From NCBI RefSeq assembly GCF_001194135.2, contig NC_068982.1, forward strand, positions 11,957,473 to 11,996,393: 38,921 nucleotides of DNA. Direction: 5' to 3'. Below the pieces are notes generated by a model, which had not been told where the DNA came from, ran no database searches, and saw only the letters and a program-made list of their open reading frames with translations. Positions 11,550 through 23,050 of the stretch are shown piece by piece. Positions within the stretch are counted from its first letter, which is position 1. Every line of letters begins with the position of its first letter. A program made the translations under genes and the position numbers. The DNA comes from Octopus bimaculoides (taxonomy: Eukaryota).

Positions 11550-11707
11550 ATTATATTTTTATTATGAAATGTTATTAGGAATGGTATAAAAAAAAATTAA
11601 AATATTTGGTGTACTGTAGAAGTATGAATAGTTTATTGCTCATAAATTTTAACACAAAATCTTTTATGGACCTCAAAGGGCCATGTAGACCCCTGTTGAG
11701 AACCATT
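11550..11707. mobile_element. hAT-like MITE end fragment
   Basis: Ends GGGCCATGTAGACCCCTGTTGAGAACCATT and is similar to 14960-15101. Confidence 0.55.
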
Positions 11708-11786
11708 ATTTTAATCCCTCTTCCTATTATTCTGCCAAATCCTTTCTCCATAGAATAATAACACACCTTTGCAACTGTCTACTCAC

Positions 11787-11862
11787 TACTTTCCATAACA
11801 AACACCTATTTCCACGTGTTCAAACACTGGAGTAATCCTAAATTTCTCCAACTGCCCCATCT
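11787..11862 (-). CDS. Candidate 76-nt coding exon of an unidentified gene
   Basis: Acceptor GTATTTTCATATCTTCCTTCATAAG and donor GTGAGTA. A single frame is open (phase 1 to 2): xMGQLEKFRITPVFEHVEIGVCYGKx. No homolog recognised. Confidence 0.3.
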
Positions 11863-12171
11863 CTTATGAAGGAAGATATGAAAATACTATAACTAATAAG
11901 ATTTGCCATTTTTTTTTTCCTGTTGCTAAGGTGGTGAATTGAGTGCATTATAAAGCATATTGAATAGAATGTCTTGCAGTACATTATGATCTGGCTTTCT
12001 GCACTTCAAATCTTCAGTCAGTCTTGCTTTTCATCTATAAATAAAGTAGTAGGTCAGGGAATGGATTAGTAGATGTAGCAGCTTCAAATGAGATACTCTG
12101 CAATATCCATTTTAGATCTTTGCATTCACAGTTCGAATTCTGTTTCAAAAACACTAACCTCAAGTAGCATC

Positions 12172-12370
12172 TTTTACTTATTTTAGTCATTAGACTGTGG
12201 CCATATTGGAGCACTGCCTTGATGAAATTTAGTTGATTGAATTGGCATTCATTTCTTAAAGCCTGGTACTTATTGTCAGTCTCTTTTGGCAAACCCCTAA
12301 GTTACGGGAACGTAAACACACCAAAATCAGTTGTCAAGTGATAGTGGTGGGGAGGGACAAACACACACAC

Positions 12371-12402
<32 letters not shown>

Positions 12403-12745
12403 GACAGGCTTCTTTCAGTTTCCGTCTACCAAATCCACTCACAAGGCTTTGGTTGGTCTGAGGCTATAGTAGAAGACACTTGCCCAAGGTGCCATGCAGT
12501 TGGACTGAACCCAGAACTGTATGGTTGGGAAGCAAGCTTCTTACCTCACAGCCACTCCTGCAGCTGCACATACATACATATATGATAGGCTTCCTTAAAT
12601 TTCCATCTACCAAGCCCACTCATAGAGCTTTGGTCAGCTTGGGGCTGTAGTAGAAGTCACTTGCCCAAGGTGTCATGCAATGGGACTGAACCTGGAACTA
12701 TGTGGTTGGAGAGCAAACTTTTTACCACACAGCCTCACTTGTGCC
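12172..12745 (-). mobile_element. SINE family B (12172-12561) plus a second 5' half (12590-12745)
   Basis: Two tandem TTGCCCAAGGTG...GGACTGAACC...GGTTGG heads. Confidence 0.8.
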
Positions 12746-13721
12746 AATGATTAAAAACAAAAAAACAAATTGCTTCTAAAACTGTAATGAACTCTTAAAA
12801 TGTGTTGCGTTGTGAGTTCACAAGAATCCTATACACCTAGAGAGTTTTAGAAGACTGAAACACAACCTCCCTACCACATCTCCACGAGTTGCATTCTGAA
12901 ATTATTATTCTAATTATATGAACTTTTGAGAGTTACATTTTTACCTGAACACATATTTTTGTATCATATGAATAAAATGGAGAAAAGAACTTTTCTTTTT
13001 GTGAAAAGCAAAGCAAAACAACAAATTGAGATTTTTGATTTAAAATGCTGTGCTTTAGTTTATTTCATAAAGGTTTTATACTTAAAAATTTGTTGCAACT
13101 TCAGAGAAAGTATAGAATAAAACATCCCTTGAGAAAAAAAAAACCGGAAGAAAAATGCTATTTTGTTGCACAAGAAATTACCAAGAGTTGACTGATAAAT
13201 ATCTGTTCGGGTATTTTTTCTTCTTTCTCCCATCTCAGAAAATGCGTATAATGTATCAATATAAGAGAAACTGAGATGTCTAAAAGTAAACTAATAAAAA
13301 CAAATATGTCCAGAATTTTCTTTAAAACCAAAAAAGATATTCATTCACAAATTTATTCAATGATTTTTTTTTTTTTTTTTTTTTTTTTGAACTTGGGCAC
13401 AAGAATCCTATGATTTATTTTCAGAAATAACTAATCACCAAAGTAATTTTTATGCGAAAATTCTTTTGCTCTAATCTTACTGAGAACTTATAGAAAATCC
13501 CTTTCCTTTGAACATGGAGACAAAAGAATAATAATAATAATAATATTAATAATAATAATAAGAGAATGTAAATAATGAAATCACAATAAAATTATTAATC
13601 AATTCTACATGTTTTTATATGTATCAATCAACGAAAAAAAAAGTATTTCTGGGTGAGTGGGGGAAGGCGGAGACAACAAAAATTCTGTTAACCTTTTTAT
13701 TTTTATGAATTATAAATAGGT

Positions 13722-13830
13722 ACCGACATGGCTGAGTGGTAAGGAGTTTGCTTTCAACCACATGGTTCTGAGTTCAGTCCCACTGTGACATCTCGGGCTG
13801 ACCAAAACCTTGCATGTGGATTTTGGTTAA
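13722..13830 (+). mobile_element. SINE family B, 5' head fragment
   Basis: GGCTGAGTGGTAAGGAGTTTGC...GAGTTCAGTCCCACTG...GACCAAAACCTTG. Confidence 0.65.
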
Positions 13831-14027
13831 CACATATATACTTCTGTGTAATTATGCATCCACTCCCCTCCCTGATCCAGGCCCTTTAACCAGTTCCTCA
13901 TCATAAATTTGCTGCTAACTTAAACTCCTCACTCTCTTCCTGAATTAGGGTCAGTAGAGTCACATGGCACAATGTACTTGTTTCTTTATATATATACCTA
14001 TGTATGTATATATATATATATCGATAT

Positions 14028-14268
14028 GATGTGAGAAGATTCATCAGGCCAAGTGAAATCGTAGCTGTGGCTCTGTCAGTGTCATGGAAATGGCACCCAT
14101 GAAATTGTAGTCATGGCCATTGATGGTGTCTTGTAAATGGCACCCCTGGATCATAGTCGTAGTCATTGACGATGCCATGTAAGTGGCACCTGTGAATCAT
14201 AGTTCTGGTCATTGACGGTGACATGTAAATGGCATCCATGAATCGTAGTTGTGGTCACTGCTGGTGCA
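14028..14268 (+). mobile_element. RTE family A ORF end plus ~44-bp tandem UTR units
   Basis: GAGAAGATTCATCAGGCCAAGTGA (EKIHQAK*, compare EKKTYQAK* at about 38460), then 4-5 degenerate units of the form GTAAATGGCACC...AATCGTAGT...GGTCATTG. Confidence 0.6.
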
Positions 14269-14269
14269 T

Positions 14270-14415
14270 TTTCTCATAGTTTTGAGATTTCGATGATGTG
14301 ATTGTATATTTTTAGAATAACATTGTAGGGTATGTGCAAGAGGACAGACCTTGACATTTTGAACATAAAACAGGTAGAATATTTAGGCAGGCCAGTTTAA
14401 ATGCTAAAGGGTTAA
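14270..14415. mobile_element. piggyBac-type MITE end
   Basis: Terminates AAATGCTAAAGGG followed by TTAA, the piggyBac-type TIR end and target. The other end was not found. Confidence 0.55.
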
Positions 14416-14631
14416 TGTAGATGCTATAGACATTGCAGCGTTTTGCACAAGGAAGTCTACGGGTCAGTGGAGCTGGGATCAATTTTGTAATACAGCTACA
14501 CCATTTTTCTGGAACTTTTGTTTCCGAAGCCTCTCCAGGATACCCATTTTCCTAAACCAAGGATGGATTACCTTCGTCAACACACTCTAAATTATACAAA
14601 TATTAAATTTACTTAGATAATTAAATAATGA

Positions 14632-15101
14632 ACCATTTTTACCAATGTACCCCCTTTGATGCTTATTACACTCCCATGGACCCTCATAGCCGTTCGACGT
14701 TTTTTTAAAAACCTTATTGTATTTTTATACATTATTTACATTGGATGGATGTGTTCTCACTTTGTTGTTATCACAACATTTCAGTTGATGTACTCTCCAA
14801 CCTTCATCAGGTGTCCTGGTGGAATTTCAAACCCAAACCTTTATTTGATTAATGGGGTACTCTGTTCTCATTCCTAAGGTACTTTTTCTGATGTTATTAT
14901 TTATTCAAGTCACTGCCTGTATATATTTATTCAACCACTAAGCTATAGAACTGTATTTTTACAATCAAATATTATTAGGAACTGTATAAAAATTGTTAAA
15001 ATATATTGTAGAAATACAAGCGATTTATTGCACATAAATATTAACACCAAAATCTTATACAGACCCCCAAGGATCATATGGACCCTGGTTGAGAACCACT
15101 G
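14632..15101. mobile_element. hAT-like MITE interrupted by an insertion at about 14742-14935
   Basis: Left part AACCATTTTTACCAATGTACCCCCTTTGAT...CATAGCC resembles 9660-9720. The right end is GTTGAGAACCACTG. Confidence 0.55.
14770..14815 (-). ncRNA. Minimal type-I hammerhead ribozyme-like motif (Penelope type), partly decayed
   Basis: Reverse complement reads GACAC-CUGAUGA-A-GGUUG[GAGAGUACAU]CAACU-GAA-AUGU-U-GUGAU. This gives core boxes, a 5-bp stem II, a near-palindromic stem III and stem I (CAC/GUG). Confidence 0.55.
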
Positions 15102-15924
15102 GTATAAACAGTACAAGTATATTAATACTGTACTGTGTAAGGTAATAAGCCTGTACAAGATACCAATAAAATAGTCTGGTAGCCATGGGGATTTGAAACT
15201 CCTGCTTGTAATTTAATACAGATTATGAAAGATACCAAACCATCAATATCTGGAAAGATGGTGTTGTACCTGTATTTCAATGGGGAAGGGGGAATGCTGG
15301 TCTATGAGCATCTAAAGATATTAAGGTTGCCCCCAACCTTTTCTCACTGTTCATTCTTATTCAATCTCTGCAGATCTTTATTTACAACTTTTTAGAACAT
15401 TCCCAATAAACCAGCATCAAAGATCTAACTTTTAGTAATACAGTCTGGTTTTTGTGTGGAGAAATAAATCTTTTGTTGCTGAAAGAAGAAGTAGTTCTCT
15501 CTATCTTTACCATCTCTTTAAATTTGTGACCATTAGGCTGTCTTTAGCCACATTTTTCAGCAGTTGTTATAAATGTACTTATAAAGCAAAACTTATCTAC
15601 TTTTCCCAGCAAAAACATTTCAGTAGTCGATATGTTTCATTCTGTCCATGGCTGTATATGATGTTATCTCTTTCAGTATTTCTGCTGTACGTAGAGCTCT
15701 GCATATATATATGTGTGTAAGTTGTTTGGTTTTGAAAATAAATACAAGAAATATTATATTTTCTCTCAGTCAATTTGGCATTCTCAGTATTTCTGATATG
15801 CACTTGTTAATGTAATATTGTTAAAATTTAGAGATATTTCACTATCATTATGTCAAGATAAAAATGAATAACTAAAGATGGAACTTTATATCACCATCAG
15901 CAATAACAAATGGGCCACCTCTAC

Positions 15925-16090
15925 GTGGTCCCTTCAGTCTGCAAGAAATAGCAACCATATCTCCCTCAAATCACACTTTGCCGTCTTAGATAAGCATATG
16001 TTGAATAAAGTAGTCCTTGTTTCTCCTGCTCATGAGAGGATAGTCATGGATAGAATGGTTTTTGTGATAAGATGCCTGCTTGATTAGAGC
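15925..16090 (+). repeat. Interspersed repeat family F
   Basis: GTGGTCCCTTCAGTCTGCAAGAAATAGCAACCATATCTCCCTCAAATCAC, similar to 17010-17100 and the reverse complement of 9400-9470. Confidence 0.5.
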
Positions 16091-16655
16091 ACTCCGAGTG
16101 CTAAACAACAACAGCAATGCATACAAAAATAATGTCAGCTGCAGAATCATTAAGAACAAACTGCTTCATTAGCAAAAGCTTTGGGTCAACCAAAACTTTA
16201 TGGCTTCCTCCAACCAAAGCTTTATGAACTTTGGCTGGAGAAAACTGTGTGGAAGCTTGTTGGATAAACCATTCCTGTTCTTTGCTGTTAAACATAATCC
16301 ATCATCCAAGATAAAATCTCATCTTGGCATCTCCCCAACCATCACTTGACAACTGATGTTGGTGTGTTTACCTCTAGGAAGAATGCCGTCTTTAAATTTA
16401 GTCTTTTGGTAGCTCTAGCTGATGAAGACCAATCAGTTTTACGATAACAAATGTATTGTGAAAAGTCCAAAACTCGAGTATGAGATTGTCCATTTCTCTG
16501 GAATTCTTCCTAGAAGTAAGATGAAAATTTTTTATGTTCACTGCCCTGCCCGTACACATATCTGCCTCTAAGCATTCAGTGAAGCTTTACCTAGTGTCGA
16601 ATGGTTATCCACTGCTATTTCCAGCAAAAATTGGTACCTTGTTGTGCCACTATTT

Positions 16656-16696
<41 letters not shown>

Positions 16697-17114
16697 GTAT
16701 ATTTATAAATCACCTTGAGCCACTAAATTAGTTAACTTTTATGGCAACCTTTCCCAGCTTTTTGATTATCGGTTGAATAACATATCTATTTCCCCCCAGT
16801 TAAAAGCACATTAAAATAGCTAGAGATAATTGTAAGCATCTTCAATCTGCATAAATTCTGAAAATCTAGATTTATTGACAAGCTGTTCTTACATGTTATT
16901 CTTTCTCAAGAAATTTGGCAAAAACAAAATTGTCTCTGGAGACCTTATAAATTCTTTGTTGAATCTTGCATGGAAATATGACTGTTTTTCCAGACTAAAT
17001 GCTAATGAAGGAACCTCTATGTGGTAGCTTGATCTGTTGGAAATAGCAGCCAAATCTTCCTCAAATTGTACTGTCTTCTTAAATAAGGAAAGGACATGTC
17101 AAATAACGCAGTTT

Positions 17115-17215
17115 AAGACATATCCTAAGTTACAGGAACGTAAACGCACCAGCATTTGTTGTCAAGCGATGTTGTGGGGACAAACACAGACACACAAACA
17201 TATACACACACAAGG
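17115..17215 (-). mobile_element. SINE family B, middle fragment
   Basis: TAAGTTACAGGAACGTAAACGCACCAGCATTTGTTGTCAAGCGATGTTGTGGGGACAAAC. Confidence 0.7.
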
Positions 17216-18357
17216 GAAGCAAACTTGTACTGCAATGTTTTTTTTGTTTCTTTTTTGTTCATTATTTTATCCCTGCCAATGAAATGGACTCCTGTATGCA
17301 GATACTCTCATCCACATCCTCCTTTCTTAAGCAGCCTTATCAATTTCTGACTAGCTCTCATACACCCTCCATTAATAAGAGCCTCTGAATTCTACAATTG
17401 GGTTAGAATCTAATAGCATTTAGCAACATTTATTGTAAATGTTATTCATTTCCTGAAAACACAATGGTAAAGCAGCCACTCCTCTACTGAAAGATATATG
17501 TGCACATGTACTTGCTCCCATGCAGAAGCTCATGTTTCAGTCTGATTAGATTGCTTGTTACATACATAATACTAAATGCATCATACTTAAATTCATGCTC
17601 ATTGTAACTAATCTAATTTATGTGTAAACACCTACGTAGGAAAGTAGGCAGAAAATATAATCATGTCAACGATTTTCAATAGCTGCTTACACTTAAAATA
17701 TTTATGCAGTAATGCCTATGTAGATATACATTTACCCCTTCACACAGGTGTTAATTAAAATCTAAATTGGAGTAGAAAGCCAAATTATAATTATTGCATA
17801 AATGATACTGCATTCTTTTAGAAATTATAGAGCTAAAATAATTCTCATGCATTCCTAAATTGTAAGAATATTCTCTTGGAAGCCATTCATGTCCAATAAA
17901 TGATTTCACTGACTGCATACCATTGTATTAGTTTCTTATAAGTCTTATTATAAGTTAATTCCAGTAGTATATAATTGGTTTTGATGGTGTCTATTTTAGA
18001 GATGTGTAACATTTGATATAAATTAATACTCTACGCTGATATTTTTAGCTAACTCTTACATTTTCTAGATTTGTTTTTCTTTTCAAATAAACTTAAAGTC
18101 AATTTATCCTGATTTTTTTTTCTGTCATATTTATGTTAAAGTTATTTGTTGTTAGTCTTTCAAAATAATAACAATATGTTTTCAATAAAAGTAGTGGTCA
18201 GTTTGTGCAGTGCCTTCATAGAAAACTGCAAACTGTAGTGTATCTGTGAGTTTATTTTCTTGACTGGGGCTTCAGTTCAGTAACACAACTGCTTCTAATA
18301 CAACTGCTTAGGATCATAATATCATCTGCCTTGTCATAATGATTTTGCATTACTTAC

Positions 18358-18411
18358 CACCCATCGGGGTAGTTTAATAAGAGTTAAACCTTTTATGCAT
18401 TGGATATTAAT
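18358..18411 (-). CDS. Candidate 54-nt phase-0 coding exon of an unidentified gene
   Basis: Acceptor AATTTCCTTTATATGATTTTCAG and donor GTG|GTAAGTA. Only frame 0 is open: INIQCIKGLTLIKLPRWV. Confidence 0.4.
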
Positions 18412-19840
18412 CTGAAAATCATATAAAGGAAATTACTAGTTTGGGCTAATCTCATTTTGGATTATTATGGTTAGCATTATGTTAAGCGTTAAAACACTTA
18501 TTACTAAAATTATGTTTGCAATTAATATTATATTTATTACTTCAAATAGAAAACAATGTAACATTTTATTGTGATCTGTCTGGTTTTTTTTTTTTTTTTT
18601 TTTTTTTTTTCTTCCATATCAGGAATTGTTTACTGAAATCATTTTAAAGTAAAGCTCATTCCAGAAAAAATATTACAAATGGCAATTTTACTAATCTGAA
18701 GGAAAATAGCCAAGATCTCTGTAAAATGAAAAGTTAAGAGAATGAAAGAAGATTAGAAGAGTAGATCCCACTCCCCATTACCCTTTTTAGTTGTATGTCT
18801 ATAATGGGAAAAATAACATAGAGGGAAGAATTAGTTCTAAATATATAAGATTTTAGAAAAAAGGTGTTTCAAAGAATTATGGTTTTTAGAGGATAATATT
18901 TGCTTCAGTTCTCATTAGAATGAAAGAAAAAGATACTGATACAAGGTAAAATATTCAAGGAACAAAATGAAGGGGGGAAAAAAAAAACTACATGAAAGAA
19001 GGAAAAATACTTTTATGCTAAATGTAAAGCTGTAAGTCTTATATATTTGGTAAGCCATAGGATTAGAAATATTTTTAGATATAATGTGATGGAAGGAATG
19101 TTAAATATGTCTAAAGCAAATAATAAAGAATCAAAGCCTAGAAAAAAACAAAAAAAAATGCTTATGTAATGATGCTGTTACATTAATTATTTGTGAAAAT
19201 GAGAAAAGGAATAGGAAATATATTTTGGGAGAATGTATAGAGAATTTGGATGGAATAAAGTGGGTTAAACCAAAAATAAGAATTATCCCTACTGCCAGCA
19301 ATGGCATCTGAGTTATAACTCACATTTGTAATAAAGATAAAAGCTAGAAACAAGTTATTAGAGAAATACTTGTGCAGGAAAACTGGAGGAAAATGAAAGG
19401 GAACAAAGTAAAAAAGTGTCAAAACCGAAAATTAATTGGTTAAGTAAGGAAAATTTTGAGTGGTTCTTGAATAACTAAAGGTTGTGAAACATGGAGGCAG
19501 TTTGTTAAGAATTAAGAAGCCCTAACAATATTAATGCTAAAGAATGTGTTTTAGAATTCTTTTCATAGCAAACTAATTATTTGTCTTGGGATTGCTCAAA
19601 AAAGCTAAATTACAATTCATTACAAGGACTTTTTACAATTTCTTACAAATCAGCCAATCAATCAATGTTGATAATGTAGAGAAAGACGTTGAAGTGTTTT
19701 GAAAGCACCCACATTTTTCATAGCAAAAATTTATATTAAACTTTAATTCTTGAACATAGGTACATGCATGGCTGTGTACAAACATACATACAGACATATA
19801 TATATATATATATATAGATATATATATGTGTGTGTGTGCT

Positions 19841-20043
19841 GATCTCTAACTGTGGAGGTAACCTGTGGTAGAGGTAGATCCAGGAAGACATGGAACGAGG
19901 TGGTGAAGCAAGATCTTTGAATGTTGGGCTTCATGGAAGCAATGACTAGTGGTGGCCAATGCTGGCACAATGTAACTGGCATCCATGCCGGTGACACATA
20001 AGTAGCATCATTTGAGCATTGGGCCTCACAGAGGCAATGTGAC
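19841..20043 (+). mobile_element. RTE-clade LINE ORF2 C-terminal relic
   Basis: Translates SLTVEVTCGRGRSRKTWNEVVKQDL*MLGFMEAMTS, matching the RTE GRGRPRKTW C-terminal motif, with a premature stop. Confidence 0.85.
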
Positions 20044-20049
20044 ATTTAT

Positions 20050-20310
20050 TCTACTTGTTGGGTCTTGAAGAAGGGGCAGTATTCATAGTTTCCAAAGGAG
20101 TTCCTTGACCAATGTGGTTAATATCATTAATATCCCTCTTGAATATTTGCAAGTCAAAAAATCCTGCAGGAAGGGAATTCCAGAATACCAGCATTCTTGG
20201 AAAGAAGGACTGAGTGTACTGATTAATGAAAGGCCCTAGTGGAGATGAAAGGGTTTCAGCACAAGGCCAATAAGAGCAAGAGATCTGTGTGGCTTGTGAA
20301 ATCCTGAGAT
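20050..20310 (-). mobile_element. CR1/L2/Jockey-group LINE ORF2 C-terminal relic
   Basis: Translates QYTQSFFPRMLVFWNSLPAGFFDLQIFKRDIN, the SFFPR..WNSLP..FK end motif of this LINE group. Confidence 0.75.
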
Positions 20311-20350
20311 GAGTAAACTCTTGTACTATTATAAACTAGTATAATTTTGC

Positions 20351-20860
20351 GGGAGGTGATGAGTTGATTGCATCGACCCCAGTGTTTCACTGGTACTTAA
20401 TTTATCACCCCCTAAAGAATGAAAGGCAAAGCTGACTTTGGCAGAATTTGAAATCAGAACATAGCGACAGATGAAATACTAATAAGCATTTCACCTGGTG
20501 TGCTAATGATTCTTTTCTACTCTAGGCACAAGGCGCGAAATTTTTTTTGCGGGGGAGGATTAGATTGACCCCAGTATGCAACTGGTACTTAATTTATCAA
20601 CCCCGAAAGGATGAAAGGCAAAGTCAACCCTGGCGGAATTTGAACTCAGAAAGTAAAGACAGATGAAACACTGCTAATCATTTCACCCAACATGCTAACA
20701 TTTTTTTTCTACTTTAGGCACAAGGCCTGAAATTTTGGGGGAGGGAAAGGATGAAAGGCGAAGTCAACTTTGGAGGAATTTGAACTCAGAACATAGCAAC
20801 AGACAAAATGCCACTAAGCATTTCACCTGGCATGCTAATGATTCTGCCAGCTTGCTGCCT
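20351..20860 (-). mobile_element. SINE family C, head-to-tail trimer
   Basis: Three GAAAGGCAAAG...GAATTTGAA(C/A)TCAGAA units. Only the unit at about 20712-20860 has the full GGCAGCAAGCTGGCAGA head. Confidence 0.85.
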
Positions 20861-21307
20861 AGATGGGTGGAATAAAGCCAGCCAGTTCCAAAGAGCAGAA
20901 ACCAATATAGTAATAGTACAAAAATCAGAAAGCAGAGACAGAACACTTGTGAGCCATGAGGTTAGAGATGTCTGTCAGTGACTTTATTCCAAGTTAGTCA
21001 AGTTGCCCCTTTCTGGATGAGATCTAGGATGTATTGTGTGCAACAGCAGCAGCACCACTGTTCCACTTTTATGAATTTTGGGAATATACTTAAAAAAAAA
21101 AGACCCCAGGGATGTTTGAACATCATGTTTACATTATTATATAGGTTAGTGGCCTTTACATAAAATTGCAACAAATGATTTGGTATTATTCATTGTATAA
21201 AGTGTTTCAACTGAAATATAATTCAATGAAAAAAAGAGAAAAACAACCAAAACCCTTTGAAAACATTTAAAGTAAACTCTCGTACTATTATAAACTAGTA
21301 TAATTTT

Positions 21308-21663
21308 ATATATTTCTTTTAACTTTTATAATTTTAATCTTTTATATTTCTTCATTTCTCTTAATTTTCCCTTTTGTTTCTCATTTTTTTTTTTTTTTTC
21401 ATTCCTCCCAATTTATTTTCCTCTTAACACACTTTCTTTGACTTTCTGTTATTTTCTTTTCTATTTTTCTTGTTTTGTTTCCTTATTTATCTTTTGATTA
21501 CTTTTATTCAATTTCCTCTAACTGTTCTCTTGTTTTGTTTTTCTCTTCTTGGCTTTCTCACATTTCTTTCCACATTTTCCACTTATGACGTTTCTTCCAT
21601 TTTCTTTTCCTTTTTATTGTCTTCTTCCTTTCTTTTTTTTTTTTTTTACTTTCCATTATTTTG
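21308..21663 (+). repeat. Low-complexity T/C-rich tract
   Basis: About 350 bp dominated by T runs with interspersed C. Confidence 0.8.
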
Positions 21664-23050
21664 ACAGAAAGTAAAATATAAAATAGAATCCATTACTTGT
21701 TCAGGAAAATAATAAGATAGTGTTGCATTTCTGTATGTTGAAATATTTAAACTAGAATATCTTTTATATACATACACACACATGCACACATACTAACATA
21801 CATACATACACACACAAATATACATACATATAATGACATATATATGTATATGTATATGTGTGTCTGTACCTGTCTGTGTATGTGTGTTAGCTAATCAGTC
21901 TACGAGCAAACTTTGAGCAGTAATTATAAGGTTATCAGATGAATTTGGTGTATGTTAGATATGTAGCACAAAGCTTTTGTATTTTTTATCTCCTTTAAAT
22001 TCTTTTTACATTGTTAGAGGCCAATCTTTATATAATCTTTCTAGAAACTGTACCTAAAATATCTTGATTTTTGGTTCTTTTGCATTCATCAGAGTTTGGG
22101 TTTGATAAGGAGAAATACATTAAAAACACACTAGTATCAAAGAGCTGCATTAGTATAAATGACTAGCCTATAAACGGCAGACAATGTCAATTGATGTTTC
22201 ATTAGAAAATGGCGGACATCATCAATTTTGTGTTTCAAAAAGTTTACATGGATAAGGCCATCAACAATTGATGCCTGAGTATCTACTTTGGCAAATGTGC
22301 TTAAAGTGTAAGTGGCCCTTATCAATGGAAGAAATCGTGTTGCAAACGTAAGATTAACACAGGGACGAAGAAACGTTTTCCTGACTTTCCTTCATCGTTG
22401 GATGATGATGATGATGATGATGACGTTGATGGCGACGACAACGACGACAATGATGATGGTACTCTAGATAACACAGAAGAAAGTGATGCTTCAACCAACT
22501 CTGGATGCAAGAAGTTCACTGATTTTTCTCCATTTGTGCATTTGTTTGACAACTACACAATGTGGGAATCTCAAATGAATTTATGCTCACACCAGATACA
22601 AAGGAAAGTGAATATTTTATGGACCTTTCAATAAGATTGCAAAATTTATTGTGAAAGACACTGACAATTATTACAGTTTTTGTACTTATTCAAAGTGAAA
22701 AAAATATTAAAAAAACCCTAAAAAGAAAAAAAACTGGGTTTTTATGCTCATTTAACACACACGTTCATACAACCCTTTTCCACCACTTAAGGGTTAATAA
22801 CCCTAGTCGTTTAGTCTTGATTGAATATTCATATGACATGTGCAATCCACATTCAGTGCACACAAATACATTACTGCTCAAATTAGATGAAAACTATGGT
22901 GAATAGTATGACATGCAGTAGTCTATTAAATAGGATGTAGTGTAACAGTCTGAGCATGTTTTTCTCAACAATACAGAAAATCCAACAGAGACAGTAATAT
23001 GAATTAATTAGTTTTAAACAGAAACAAATTTCACAGTGCATTTACTGCTT

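Noticed and set aside
14430-14590. CpG-containing unique stretch with short open frames on both strands
   Set aside because: No consistent acceptor/donor pair and no recognisable peptide.
15878-16295. ORFs of 69 aa and 64 aa
   Set aside because: They overlap repeat family F and a decayed SINE-B segment.
16419-16450. CTGATGAAGACC, a possible third Penelope-type hammerhead
   Set aside because: The closing strand of stem II and the GAAA box are absent, so it is too decayed to support.
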